Assembly: GCA_033763315.1 (NCBI GenBank)
Contig: JANRKS010000005.1
Location: 32,001-96,000 of the forward strand
Direction: 5' to 3'
Source: Deltaproteobacteria bacterium
Lineage (GTDB): Bacteria; Myxococcota_A; Polyangia; Fen-1088
Length of the DNA stretch: 64,000 bases
Positions 53,289 to 63,191 of this stretch are shown here, in pieces. The notes beneath the pieces are model-generated. The model was not told the DNA's origin. It worked only from the letters and a program-made list of their open reading frames with translations, and searched no databases. Both the position numbers and the translations under genes were made by a program. Each line of letters begins with the position of its first letter. Position 1 is the first letter of the stretch.

Positions 53289-54506
53289 ATGAAGTTCTAT
53301 ACAGAGTTTGTTTTGTGTTTGCTCGCGAGCTGGACATTGGTTGCCTGTGTATCCAACGCACCAACCGCAGATGACGTGATGGCCGGCGGCGGGGATGGCG
53401 GGGACACGGTGATGGACGGCGATGGGGGCTTCACCGGCGGCGCTGGGGCGGGCGGTGAACAAAGCCAACCATCGGCTAACGGCGGCCAAGGCGTGGCGGG
53501 CTCGGGCCCAGATGCGGGCACTGGCAGTGATGCAGCGGGAGGTGAAGCCGCGGTGCCGGCTGGTATGGTGCCGATGTTTGTTGCGGTTGGTCCCGGCCTG
53601 CGCACAACCATTTCGTGCGACGATGGTTTGACCTGGGTGGAGAATCGTTTTGAAAAGGAAAGTGACGATGATTTTTCTCACGACGAAACCAACATCCATG
53701 GTGCCGTGTTTTCGAATGGTCGCTTCTACTACCCCGCAGGGTGGGGCCCGTCTAATACGCGGATTTTTGCGTCGGAGAACGGCATCGATTGGGAACGCTT
53801 GTACCTAGGCGCAGCCCATCAAAGCAATTCGATGGCGGCCGGTGACGGCGTCTTAGTGTTTGGCGAAGGCAGTACAATCCGTCGCAGCGCTGATGATGGA
53901 AAAACGTGGACAGAGGTTCGTCTGCCAGCCGACTATTCTCATATGCGGCTTACCCACGGTGGTTACCAAGGTGGGCGATTCGTGGTGGGGGGACGGGACA
54001 AACGGCACACATACTCAACCAATGGCGGACGCACTTGGATCAAAGGCCAAGGAGACGGCGGCCACCGTCCCGTTTATGGAGGCGGGGTGTTTGTGAGCTT
54101 TCAAGAAGAAGGCGGAAGTTTGGTGCGGTCAAACGACGGCGGCGCCACCTGGCAACCCGTAAGCTGCTGCGGAAACCCCGGCTATATCGCTCACGTGTTC
54201 TGGTCGGGAACGCGGTTCTTGCTGTTTACGGACAACAGCGTTTGGGCAAGCGTTGACGGTGCCGTTTGGGAAAAGCAATCAAGCGTTGTGATGGCACGAT
54301 TGAATGCCATGGCACGCAACCCATCCAGCGGAACTTTCGTTGCCGCTGCTGGGGGCCGGCCGGTGCGCTTCTTCCGATCCGCTGACGGGTTGCGTTGGCA
54401 GCCGCTTGCGGATCGCGCTTTCAGTCCACAAGGCGCCGAGATCAAATACATCACGTTCGGTTACGGCCGCCCATCGGCGAAGTGTCCGTTGCGATCCCTG
54501 CCCTAG
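53289..54506 (+). CDS. BNR/Asp-box beta-propeller lipoprotein
   Basis: LVAC lipobox; repeated S.D.G.TW motifs. Confidence 0.8.
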   Translation: MKFYTEFVLCLLASWTLVACVSNAPTADDVMAGGGDGGDTVMDGDGGFTGGAGAGGEQSQPSANGGQGVAGSGPDAGTGSDAAGGEAAVPAGMVPMFVAVGPGLRTTISCDDGLTWVENRFEKESDDDFSHDETNIHGAVFSNGRFYYPAGWGPSNTRIFASENGIDWERLYLGAAHQSNSMAAGDGVLVFGEGSTIRRSADDGKTWTEVRLPADYSHMRLTHGGYQGGRFVVGGRDKRHTYSTNGGRTWIKGQGDGGHRPVYGGGVFVSFQEEGGSLVRSNDGGATWQPVSCCGNPGYIAHVFWSGTRFLLFTDNSVWASVDGAVWEKQSSVVMARLNAMARNPSSGTFVAAAGGRPVRFFRSADGLRWQPLADRAFSPQGAEIKYITFGYGRPSAKCPLRSLP

Positions 54507-54601
54507 GGGCGTCGATCCGCCGCGTGTCATCAATGGTGACTAGACACAGCTGGGTGATCTCTTGCTGGTGCTCTCCGATCAGATACCGTCAAGGTGTCAC
54601 T

Positions 54602-55033
54602 ATGGTCGGAAACAACATTCGATGGCTCCTGTCAGTCATGCTTCTAAGTGCGTGTGGCTCTGCTGCTCCGCTTCCGGGCGAAGACTCGAACGGTCAGGGA
54701 AATTCGGTTGCCGACGAGCACACCCTCACCACGGCCACCGAGGGCAAGCCATTCGGGGCTACCTGCTCGATGAAATCGGATGCGGCAAACACCAAGGATG
54801 CAGATTCTGAGCCTTGGATAGCTTTTCGGATGGTGGTGGAAAAGGGAGGTGCGGAATGTGCCTCGCACCTGTGTGCGTTGGTCGATTCAGTTGACCATTC
54901 CCCAGCCGTTCCGTTTTGCACCAAAGAGTGTAAATCCGATGCTGATTGCAGCCATTCATCGCCAAGTTGTGCCCCGGGCTATGGCTGCCGGTTCGCCGAC
55001 AGGTTCGAGGCCGGCTATTGCGCGTGTCGGTAG
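54602..55033 (+). CDS. Small cysteine-rich lipoprotein
   Basis: LSAC lipobox; CASHLC..FCTKECKSDADC. Confidence 0.7.
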   Translation: MVGNNIRWLLSVMLLSACGSAAPLPGEDSNGQGNSVADEHTLTTATEGKPFGATCSMKSDAANTKDADSEPWIAFRMVVEKGGAECASHLCALVDSVDHSPAVPFCTKECKSDADCSHSSPSCAPGYGCRFADRFEAGYCACR

Positions 55034-55211
55034 TCGGGAGCGAAATGCTTTCGCCCCTGTGCCCTTGAGCGACGCCCCAATTGGCAAGACCGCTTGTGTC
55101 TCGTCAGTAGTGAGTAGAATCGTGTGCGCTCTGGTGACCATGTCATCGCGAAGTCTTCATGGTTAGCTGCCCGGTTGGTGGCGATACAAACGCCAACCAG
55201 GAAGGCTTGTC

Positions 55212-56270
55212 ATGTCCAACTCAAAGTTCCGGGTGGCGACGGTTGCTGGGTGCGGGTTGTGTCTTTTGATTCTTGCGTGCGCGAACGAATCCAAAACTGA
55301 TATCGACCCAACGCCAGAAGGCGGCGCGGCAGGAGAAGCACAGGGTGGTGAAGGCGGAGACGCGGTCGAGGACGGCAATGGTGGGGGCACCACATCAGCC
55401 AGCGCGGGTGGAGCCACGCCGCCTTCGGGTGGCAGCGCAGGTGCGAATGTGGCCGGGCAGGGTGGCGTATCACCCGGGAATGCGGGCGGCATGGGTGCCA
55501 GCATTGGGAACGTTGGCGGCAAGCCCGTTCCTTCTGCGACGGGCGGGCAGGCAGGCGGGGCCACCGCGCCACTTTCAACATGCGAAGCGCCAGCATGTGA
55601 TGATTTCGAGAAATACAGCGCGGGTACGCGTCCCGGCGCACCTTGGTCAGAGTTTGAAGTAAGCGCTACAGGTGGCTTGTCTGTTGATGCTTCACGCGCC
55701 TTTTCCGGCACTAGATCGATGAAGTTCACGATGAGCCCAGGGGCCGATATGGTGGCTCGGATGCGGCATGCTGGTTCGGGCGTCGTACCCGGAAAAGAAG
55801 TTTTCATGCGCGCCATGATGTTCTTGGAAAAAACCATCACAGGACAGGGCGTGTTTCATTGGAACCTCATGCGCACAGAAGGCAACAACTCGATCGTGGC
55901 CGGCGGAAACGCATCAGGAAAAACGTTTCAAAACTTTGGTGGGCAGGGTCGCGATTGTTACGTTCACGGCGGCAATCCGATCCCCACCGGCAAATGGGTT
56001 TGCATTGAGTACCATGTGAACGGTCAAAGCGACGTTGCCGAGATCATGTTGAACGGCGTTGTTGATGATTTCACCCAAGTCACCAGCGGCGATGCGTTGC
56101 CCGGTCTTTCTGGCTGTCTTAGCCCCCCCGGCAACAACTGGGACATTCCAGAACCCAAGGTGGTTCGGTTCGGATTCACGATGCATCATCAACTCGATCG
56201 GCCCGTGACCATGTGGCTTGACGACATTGCGGTGTCGAACAAGCGCATCGGTTGTCCAAGTCAAAAATGA
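55212..56270 (+). CDS. Lipoprotein with Cip1/polysaccharide-lyase-like beta-sandwich
   Basis: CDDFE, VDASRAFSG, GKWVCIEYH, WLDDIAV..IGC. Confidence 0.65.
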   Translation: MSNSKFRVATVAGCGLCLLILACANESKTDIDPTPEGGAAGEAQGGEGGDAVEDGNGGGTTSASAGGATPPSGGSAGANVAGQGGVSPGNAGGMGASIGNVGGKPVPSATGGQAGGATAPLSTCEAPACDDFEKYSAGTRPGAPWSEFEVSATGGLSVDASRAFSGTRSMKFTMSPGADMVARMRHAGSGVVPGKEVFMRAMMFLEKTITGQGVFHWNLMRTEGNNSIVAGGNASGKTFQNFGGQGRDCYVHGGNPIPTGKWVCIEYHVNGQSDVAEIMLNGVVDDFTQVTSGDALPGLSGCLSPPGNNWDIPEPKVVRFGFTMHHQLDRPVTMWLDDIAVSNKRIGCPSQK

Positions 56271-56384
56271 CTGCAAATGCATCCGTCTAGCTGTCGTGGC
56301 CGATGGGCCCTCGCTCCCCTAGTGTACGGGCGAGGAGCAGCTCTCAAGCTGTTTGAGATCTTGCGCCATGGAGGACGTTCACCG

Positions 56385-57338
56385 ATGAAGAAGACTAGCC
56401 TGCGTTCCGCGTCACTTGTTTCAATCGTGCTTGCTGTTTGTGCAGTAGCTGCGTGTTCAAGCAACAGTAGCGATAGCGATTCCGCCAACGGTGGCGACGG
56501 CGGCAACTCTGACGGCGGCAAGGGTGGTTCAAGCAGCGGCGGCAAGGGTGGAGCGAACGCTGGCGGCAAAGGCGGCTCTGCAACCAACGGCGGATCGGCG
56601 GGAGGCGGCCAAGGGGGTTCTGTGGGGACGGGAGGTGCGATGGGCACGGGCGGCGCAATGGGCACGGGCGGCATGATGGGCACGGGCGGCATGATGGGAA
56701 TGGGTGGAATGGCCGGATCTATGACACCCGCCGCCGAAACGGGCGTGTTCTTGTTCACGGGCAAGGCAGCCACAATGGAAAAACTTGTGAGCGCTGATCC
56801 TGCTGCCGGATACTTCTACTCAGGCGGCGATGCGAGTGCGACGGGTGGAGCGGAGATGCTCAATGCAACCCAAGCCATGGGACTTCCTGCGGGTATCAAC
56901 TTCGCCTTGTCGGCCAAGCCGTTGCAGGCAGGCCTTACAATCTTGGGTGTAAACTTCCGCGCCGACGATGGCACGAAGTGGCGCTTCTTCGACGCCAGCG
57001 CTTACGCGGGCATTACCTTTTGGGCTCGCAGCACGAAGCCGTTGGTGTTGAACACCACGCTTGTTGATGCAGACAACACCACGCCTGGTGACAAAGGAGG
57101 AACCTGCGCGGCTCCCACGCCCGCACCCGACGGCGCGTGCAAACCTGTTGCCGGACGCGACATCATTGTTACGGCTACGTGGAAGCAGTTCAAGTTGGCT
57201 TGGACTGACTTTGTTAACGGTGGTCCTGCCGCGCCGGCTACGCTTGCCCGCATTGACTGGTTGACGTTCCAACAGGGCGGCAATGTCGACTTCTGGATCA
57301 CCAGCGTGCGCTTGGCGACGCTTACCGATCTTGACTAA
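56385..57338 (+). CDS. Lipoprotein with CBM11-like domain
   Basis: VAAC lipobox, Gly/MGTGG linker, DASAYAGITFWARS, WKQFKLAWTDF, DFWI. Confidence 0.7.
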   Translation: MKKTSLRSASLVSIVLAVCAVAACSSNSSDSDSANGGDGGNSDGGKGGSSSGGKGGANAGGKGGSATNGGSAGGGQGGSVGTGGAMGTGGAMGTGGMMGTGGMMGMGGMAGSMTPAAETGVFLFTGKAATMEKLVSADPAAGYFYSGGDASATGGAEMLNATQAMGLPAGINFALSAKPLQAGLTILGVNFRADDGTKWRFFDASAYAGITFWARSTKPLVLNTTLVDADNTTPGDKGGTCAAPTPAPDGACKPVAGRDIIVTATWKQFKLAWTDFVNGGPAAPATLARIDWLTFQQGGNVDFWITSVRLATLTDLD

Positions 57339-57410
57339 CGACCGCGCCTGACTTGTTGCCTCGAGCCACCCAACCGGCGGTTCGAGGCATTTTTGCCGAA
57401 GGGACAATGC

Positions 57411-59186
57411 ATGCGCTCGCTTCATAGCTGGTCGCTCTTTCCAATCATTCTGGCATCGATTGTTGTTCATGGATGTACCGGCGGCGCTGGGGGCGACGGC
57501 CCTGGAAGCGACGGAGCGCCGGGGGGCGCCGGGGGCAACGAACTACCCACAGCGCCCATTCCTGAAGGCGTCCGTTGCGGTGAACGCAACCGCCCTGCGT
57601 GGCAATTGTCGGGGCACACGGCGTTTGAAGTACAGACCATCGTCGAGCAAGTGTTTGGCACCGCAGCAGCGTCAGACCCACAAGTGCGATCCATGTTCGC
57701 CAACTTGCCGACCGAATTGCGGAGCAAAGGCTTCGACACCGAGAACCACAAGGTCTCACAACAGTTCATTGACGCGTACGTGGGCTTGGTACGGCGGCTT
57801 GCCGGTCTTGCCATAGAAAACAAGCCGGTGCGGGACGCGATCGAAAGCTTCGTCGGTGTTTCCTGCGGCGGCACTCTAGATCTGGACACGGGCTGTGGCA
57901 TCAATGTGGCGAAGGCTTTCGCACGCCACGTTGCCAGTGCAAGTGTGCCGGATGATGAACTTGAACGCCTAACCTCGCAGTACGCAGAGAACAAGAGCAA
58001 ATACCAATCGTCAAAGGCGTACGCGGGCTTTGTGGCTTCGGTGCTCCTGGGTGCTCGTAGCGCTCTTCGTTTTGATGTTGCCGAGCGTGATGCCAGTGGC
58101 GTTGTAGATGCGAAAACGATGGGTGTTCGGTTGTCGATGGTCCTCACGGGCGGGCTACCGGACCGCGATCTGCGTGAAGCCATCGATGACCAGTCGATCT
58201 TGCAGGACGAGACGCTTCGGCGGCAAGCAAAGCGGCTTCTGGCAACGGGCGCTGGACGCAAGTGGCTAGGGCACTTTGCACAGCAGTGGCTGAACGTAGC
58301 GCTGGTAAAATCGCCACCGCCCCGCACCGGCTACGTTGCGACGGATGACGAAAGCGTACAGGTAGCGCAGGCCGCCCGGGAAGAAGTAGGCAAGATCTTT
58401 GCCAACACCGTGGTCGATAAACGAGGCTCGCTTGCAGACTTCTATGCCACCGATGATGTCAGTCCTTCGCACGCATGGCTTGCGAAGTTATACCAAACCG
58501 AGCAATCGGGTGATGTTGTGCGCGCAAAGGCGTCCAGCCGGCACGGCTTGCTGACGCGTGCAGCGTTCAACTTATACGGCACCTATGGTGACTACTTGCC
58601 GCTGGCTCATCGAGGATACGGAGTCAAGATCACCATGCTTTGTGGCAGCATTGGCGCGCTGCCCGACATGATTGACAAGACGTTGCCCGAGTCGTCACCG
58701 GATGTGATGTCCTCGCGCGAATATTTTGCCACGTTGACCGAACGTGGAAGCTGCCTTGGATGCCACGCCGCGATGAATCCCTTTGGATTTGCGCAGTCGG
58801 CCTATTCCGTGACGGGTGAATACTTGACCAAAGAAGTGGTCAAGAACCGCAGAACGAAGGAAAGCGTTTCCGTCGACGTCGCACAAGATGGACGCATCGG
58901 TCTTGATCGCGCCGACGTGAGCGTGGCCAACGCCGGCGATATGAGTGACGCCATAGGGGCCAGCGAAGAAGCGCGTGCTTGCTTTGCGCTGCGGTTAGAC
59001 CAAGCGGTGCTTGGCGGTCCGCGCGGCGTCATCGAGGAAGAGGGCGGCGTAGATGACTTTTTGCCGAAAGACACGTCATGCAGCGTGCGGCTAGCCGCGC
59101 ATGCGTTGAACCAGTCGTCAGACGAAGGTGCGTTACAGAACGCTATACTGGCTTACGTGACGAGCCTTGAATTCAAAATGCAGTGA
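57411..59186 (+). CDS. DUF1592/DUF1588 family lipoprotein
   Basis: RLSMVLTGGLPD..L, FAQQWL, RHGLLTRAA, CLGCHAAMNPFGF; directly upstream of DUF1552. Confidence 0.8.
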   Translation: MRSLHSWSLFPIILASIVVHGCTGGAGGDGPGSDGAPGGAGGNELPTAPIPEGVRCGERNRPAWQLSGHTAFEVQTIVEQVFGTAAASDPQVRSMFANLPTELRSKGFDTENHKVSQQFIDAYVGLVRRLAGLAIENKPVRDAIESFVGVSCGGTLDLDTGCGINVAKAFARHVASASVPDDELERLTSQYAENKSKYQSSKAYAGFVASVLLGARSALRFDVAERDASGVVDAKTMGVRLSMVLTGGLPDRDLREAIDDQSILQDETLRRQAKRLLATGAGRKWLGHFAQQWLNVALVKSPPPRTGYVATDDESVQVAQAAREEVGKIFANTVVDKRGSLADFYATDDVSPSHAWLAKLYQTEQSGDVVRAKASSRHGLLTRAAFNLYGTYGDYLPLAHRGYGVKITMLCGSIGALPDMIDKTLPESSPDVMSSREYFATLTERGSCLGCHAAMNPFGFAQSAYSVTGEYLTKEVVKNRRTKESVSVDVAQDGRIGLDRADVSVANAGDMSDAIGASEEARACFALRLDQAVLGGPRGVIEEEGGVDDFLPKDTSCSVRLAAHALNQSSDEGALQNAILAYVTSLEFKMQ

Positions 59187-59198
59187 ACGGAGTGTGTC

Positions 59199-60773
59199 AT
59201 GAACCACTGGAGCAATGATCCCTCTCGTCGCAGGATCTTGGCGCAACTTGGCGTTGGCGCAGCCCTACCATTCTTGGGCTCACTGGTGGGCGGCAAGCGC
59301 GCTGTGGCGGCACCCAAACGACTGACGCGTCTGGTGGTGGTGTCGCAAGCGCACATGAGTTTGGGATACCACCGCATCCCTGAGTTTTGCAACGGAGCGT
59401 GGGGAAATGCGGATCCGTCTCGGCTAAAGGCAAACACTGCTTTGGGTTTGCGTGTGGCCGCGTTCGGTACGGAGCCCGCAAAGCTAGGAAGCTTTTACGG
59501 CCAAGGTCTGCTGAAGTCTTCTGCGCGTCTGCAGAAAGAAATGATGGTGTGCAACGGCTTGGGTGCAACCTACCAACACGCCCGCGGGCACCTATCCGAT
59601 GGCAACGGCGAATGGACGGGTGGAAACCAAAGCGGCAAGTTTAATTTGGGTGCCCGTTACCCGTTAAGCGGTTCCGTGCACGAGCCCATGATCACCATGG
59701 ATCAGCTGATAGCCAAAAAGCTCCACATGCCTGGCCAACGTATTTTGTTCATGGGCAGCGGTGTTTGGGGAGATTCCAGCGCCAACACCAACGAGTCGGT
59801 GAATGCCAGCGGAACGCCTCAGACGTTGATCGGACGCACCAACGATATCTTCAACGGCCCCATCTTCGACGCCGGCAAAAAGATAACGCAGGCCCAACAG
59901 ATGCGCGGAATGACGACGAGTCCTGTGGGCGATCCAAAAGCCACGATGTCGGCTGAGGATTTTGCTGCGTCGGTGGGACTGGCTTTCAACCAAGGCGAAC
60001 GGCAACGGCTTTTGGCTGATGCATCACTTTCGTCGAGCGACCGCAACACACTTAATCAATACTACGACCTACTTGCGGAGGCGTCGAAGTCGTCGGTCAC
60101 GCCGCCCCCGGGTGCACCCAGTGGCAGCGGTTCGGCAGCGTCTTCGGAGTGTAAGGCACCCGAACTGGGCCCTGCGGAGTTTGGCAGCTACCTGAAGCTG
60201 TTGGCCAGCGCGTTTCTGTGCGATTTGTCGAAGGTGGCCTTCATCTCGGTAGGCGCGGCCTATGATCACAATTCGGAATGGCACGTCGGCGCAGATGGCG
60301 ATGCCAGCAAAGTCGGGATGTATAATGTTTTGGCCGATCAGGTTGCCAAGGTGGCCGACCTGCTTGCAACGCTTACGGACCCCGCGACGGGCCGCGACAT
60401 GCTTGAGACCACGTTGGTGCTTGGCATAACCAACAGCTCAATGGCTTTAAAGACAGACGATCGCGATCCTTCGCACGAAATGGGAGACTATTCGTACTTC
60501 AGCGTGGGTGGCAGCGCGGCGCTAAACACCGGTTTCATGTACGACGCCATGGGCGTCAACGGGGGCAAGCGCACGGCCATCAACGGACCAATTCCCACTG
60601 TAAACCAATACCTGCAAACGATCGGTGCCGCGTACGGTTTGACACCTGCAGAATGGGCGGGCACTACGGGCAAAGGGTTCGGGCCGTGGCTTAGCAACAC
60701 ATGGAAGGGTCGTAGCTTGCGCGTGGACGATATGGCCAGAACCACGCCGATCCCGGGACTACTGGTTACTTAG
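59199..60773 (+). CDS. DUF1552 family protein
   Basis: SRRRILAQ..ALPFLGSL, TMDQLIA, LSSSDRNTL..Y, AFLCDLSKV, MLETTLV. Confidence 0.75.
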   Translation: MNHWSNDPSRRRILAQLGVGAALPFLGSLVGGKRAVAAPKRLTRLVVVSQAHMSLGYHRIPEFCNGAWGNADPSRLKANTALGLRVAAFGTEPAKLGSFYGQGLLKSSARLQKEMMVCNGLGATYQHARGHLSDGNGEWTGGNQSGKFNLGARYPLSGSVHEPMITMDQLIAKKLHMPGQRILFMGSGVWGDSSANTNESVNASGTPQTLIGRTNDIFNGPIFDAGKKITQAQQMRGMTTSPVGDPKATMSAEDFAASVGLAFNQGERQRLLADASLSSSDRNTLNQYYDLLAEASKSSVTPPPGAPSGSGSAASSECKAPELGPAEFGSYLKLLASAFLCDLSKVAFISVGAAYDHNSEWHVGADGDASKVGMYNVLADQVAKVADLLATLTDPATGRDMLETTLVLGITNSSMALKTDDRDPSHEMGDYSYFSVGGSAALNTGFMYDAMGVNGGKRTAINGPIPTVNQYLQTIGAAYGLTPAEWAGTTGKGFGPWLSNTWKGRSLRVDDMARTTPIPGLLVT

Positions 60774-60990
60774 GGGCGGCGGCGCGGGTCGACTGGAAGC
60801 ACCACCTCAACGCGCGTTCCTTGGCCCGCGTTTGCGACAGCTTCTTGAACAACAAGCGGTAACTCGTGCCGCATCTCGGGCGAGGCGGCTGGACGCTTGC
60901 CGCCACTGTCGTGACCGATCTGTGTTGAACACGCACGAGCCGTTCGGCTTCTCTAGAGGGTAGCGACCTTCGCGCGGTGCGTGCGTACGT

Positions 60991-62223
60991 CTAGGCTCCG
61001 AGGTCGGTCATTGTGGACTCGAGGAATCGGCGAAGCGGCGAACTGCGCGTGAGCGCGACCGCTTGAATCATCGCCACTCGCGCGCCTGCCAGGTCGCCTC
61101 GCCGCTGCCGTGCATGCGAAAGCACGACCCAGTAGGGCGCATACTCCGCGACGCGCGCCTCTTCGAGGTTGTCGAGCACATGCTGCGCATCGGCGGCGCG
61201 GTCGATCTCGACGAGTACCGCGGCGTGAGCGACTGCGCTCGCGACGGTAGGCCAAGTGGCGTTCAGCCTCGTATAAAGAAGCTCGATCGCCGTCCAGGGG
61301 GTTTGCCCGGAAAAGAGGCGCTGGCAATGGGCGGACTGGATGGCCGCCTCGAGCTGAAAAAAGCCGGGCACCCGAAAAGCGGCCGCACGCAAGAGAATGG
61401 CGTTCCCCTCCATGATGGCGGCGCGATCCCAGCGCCCGACATCCTGCTTGGCGAGGGGGACGAAGCCGGCATCGGGCGTGCTGCGAGCAGCTCTGCGCGC
61501 ATGACTGAGAATGAGGAGCGCATGGAGGCCGAGCGACTCAGGGTCGTTTGGGGCGAGCTCGATGAGAACGCGCGAAAGGTAGATGGCTTCTTCGGCAAGT
61601 GATTCCACCCCTTGCTCATTTTCGTGCTCATCGTAGTCGGTGCCGAAGGCGGCGTAGATCGCTTCTCTGACCGCGGCCATGCGCTCGGGGCGTTCTTCGG
61701 GTTCAGGTTCTTCGAACGGGATCCCGGCGTCACGGATCTTCTGCTTCGCGCGCACGAGCCGCTGGCTCATCGCCGTGGGGGTCAAGAGGAACGCGCGTGC
61801 GATGCGCGCGGCGTCGAGCCCGAGAACCGATTGCAGCATGAGGGGGGTGCGCACGCTCTCATCGATGGCCGGGTGCGCGCACACCAAGAGCAAACGCAGG
61901 CGCAGGTCACCCTTCTCGGACTGGTGTTCCGAAAGCTCGACAAGCGCCTGCTCGAGCGCGCCTATCACACGCGGGTTCGACGTTACGTTGCGATGTCGAG
62001 CGCGCTGCCGGAGTTGGTTCTTCGCGACCGTGATCAGCCACGCCTCGGGCGATACAGGAATGCCCGCGTGGGGCCATCGTGCAAGCGCTTCGGCAAATGC
62101 GTCGCCGAGTGCATCTTCGGCGGCCGCGACGTCGCGAAAGCGTACGGAGAGCGCGGCCACCAACCTTCCGTACACTTCGCGTGCCACGCGAGCAGCCGTT
62201 TCGACCGTCTGATCGCTAGCCAT
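60991..62223 (-). CDS. ECF sigma factor with DUF6596/TPR extension (ECF42-like)
   Basis: AEDALGDA..WP..G.P..PEAWL, LRLLLVCAHPAI, MSQRLVRAK, QLEAAI. Confidence 0.88.
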   Translation of the reverse strand: MASDQTVETAARVAREVYGRLVAALSVRFRDVAAAEDALGDAFAEALARWPHAGIPVSPEAWLITVAKNQLRQRARHRNVTSNPRVIGALEQALVELSEHQSEKGDLRLRLLLVCAHPAIDESVRTPLMLQSVLGLDAARIARAFLLTPTAMSQRLVRAKQKIRDAGIPFEEPEPEERPERMAAVREAIYAAFGTDYDEHENEQGVESLAEEAIYLSRVLIELAPNDPESLGLHALLILSHARRAARSTPDAGFVPLAKQDVGRWDRAAIMEGNAILLRAAAFRVPGFFQLEAAIQSAHCQRLFSGQTPWTAIELLYTRLNATWPTVASAVAHAAVLVEIDRAADAQHVLDNLEEARVAEYAPYWVVLSHARQRRGDLAGARVAMIQAVALTRSSPLRRFLESTMTDLGA

Positions 62224-62230
62224 CCGGCAA

Positions 62231-62593
62231 TCAACCTTGGGGAGGCGGCGGAAGAACCGGGCGCACTTCGACGCTGCCGTGGCGTGCGCAGGGTGCCTTT
62301 GCCGCCCACTGCAGAGCGACATCGAGGTCCGGGACATCAATGATGAAATAGCCCCCCAGGTGCTCTTTCGCGTCGGGGTGCGGGCCATCTTGCACGTGTC
62401 GCTTCCCCCCTTCGATGCGGAGCGTGGTCGCGGTGTGCGGTGCTTGAAGACCGTTGCCGCTTTTGACCGTTCCCGACGCGTGGAGCTCCTGAACATAGGC
62501 GTTCCACGCCCCCCAATACGCTGAGGCCTCCTTCGGGTCTTCGCGGCGAGCCACTTCGTTCGTTGTTTCGGAGAAAATGAGCATGTATTCCAT
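62231..62593 (-). CDS. YciI/DGPF-domain protein
   Basis: VQDGPHPDAKEHLGGYFII..SVEVRP; usual ECF42 partner. Confidence 0.9.
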   Translation of the reverse strand: MEYMLIFSETTNEVARREDPKEASAYWGAWNAYVQELHASGTVKSGNGLQAPHTATTLRIEGGKRHVQDGPHPDAKEHLGGYFIIDVPDLDVALQWAAKAPCARHGSVEVRPVLPPPPQG

Positions 62594-62739
62594 GAGCGGG
62601 TCCCTTTCGTTGTAGTGAGCGGCAGCTGCCGTCATGGGGTTGATGTGCGAGCCGTGCTCATTTCGACAGGCCACCTGCTTTTTTTAGCGGCCCGTTGGCG
62701 GCCTCGGGGAGCTGGTGGGGGCGATCGCGCGTCGTTTGC

Positions 62740-62850
62740 CAGCGCGTGGTGAACCGTTCCACCGGATTGGTGGAACGCGACGCCGAAATTCTCAGCGAGC
62801 TCCAGCAGACGGTTGTCCGCCGTCCAAAGCTTGGCACCCTGGCTGCCCAC
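62740..62850 (-). pseudogene. Possible VapC/PIN C-terminal remnant
   Basis: AKLWTADNRLLELAENFGVAF. Confidence 0.35.
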
Positions 62851-63191
62851 GCGCGGCCCCGTGACGAAAGCGACCGGAAATCTGCGCCGGGCCGCTGTGA
62901 GTACGTGTTCCAGAGTCCTCGATATCACACGATAATTGTTCAGCTTTTTCACCCCAAAGACGCGGGGTACGCAAAAATGGCAGACGTCCAGTACGCCGCT
63001 GTCAGCGACTTTCTGAAGTAGCCCCTGCCGTAATCCGTCGATTCCTCGGCAGGCCGCTATGCACGGCGTTTTTCGCATTTCTCGCTGTTATCGTTTGTGC
63101 CCTGGAACGTACATCCGTGTAAGGCGCCACTTCACTGACGTGGCTGGGCGCGAGCCTGTGCGGCTTGTGATGATCAAAAAAAGAGGGATAG

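Noticed and set aside
56620-56715. atgggcacgggcggc tandem repeats
   Set aside because: Encode a MGTGG linker in a lipoprotein
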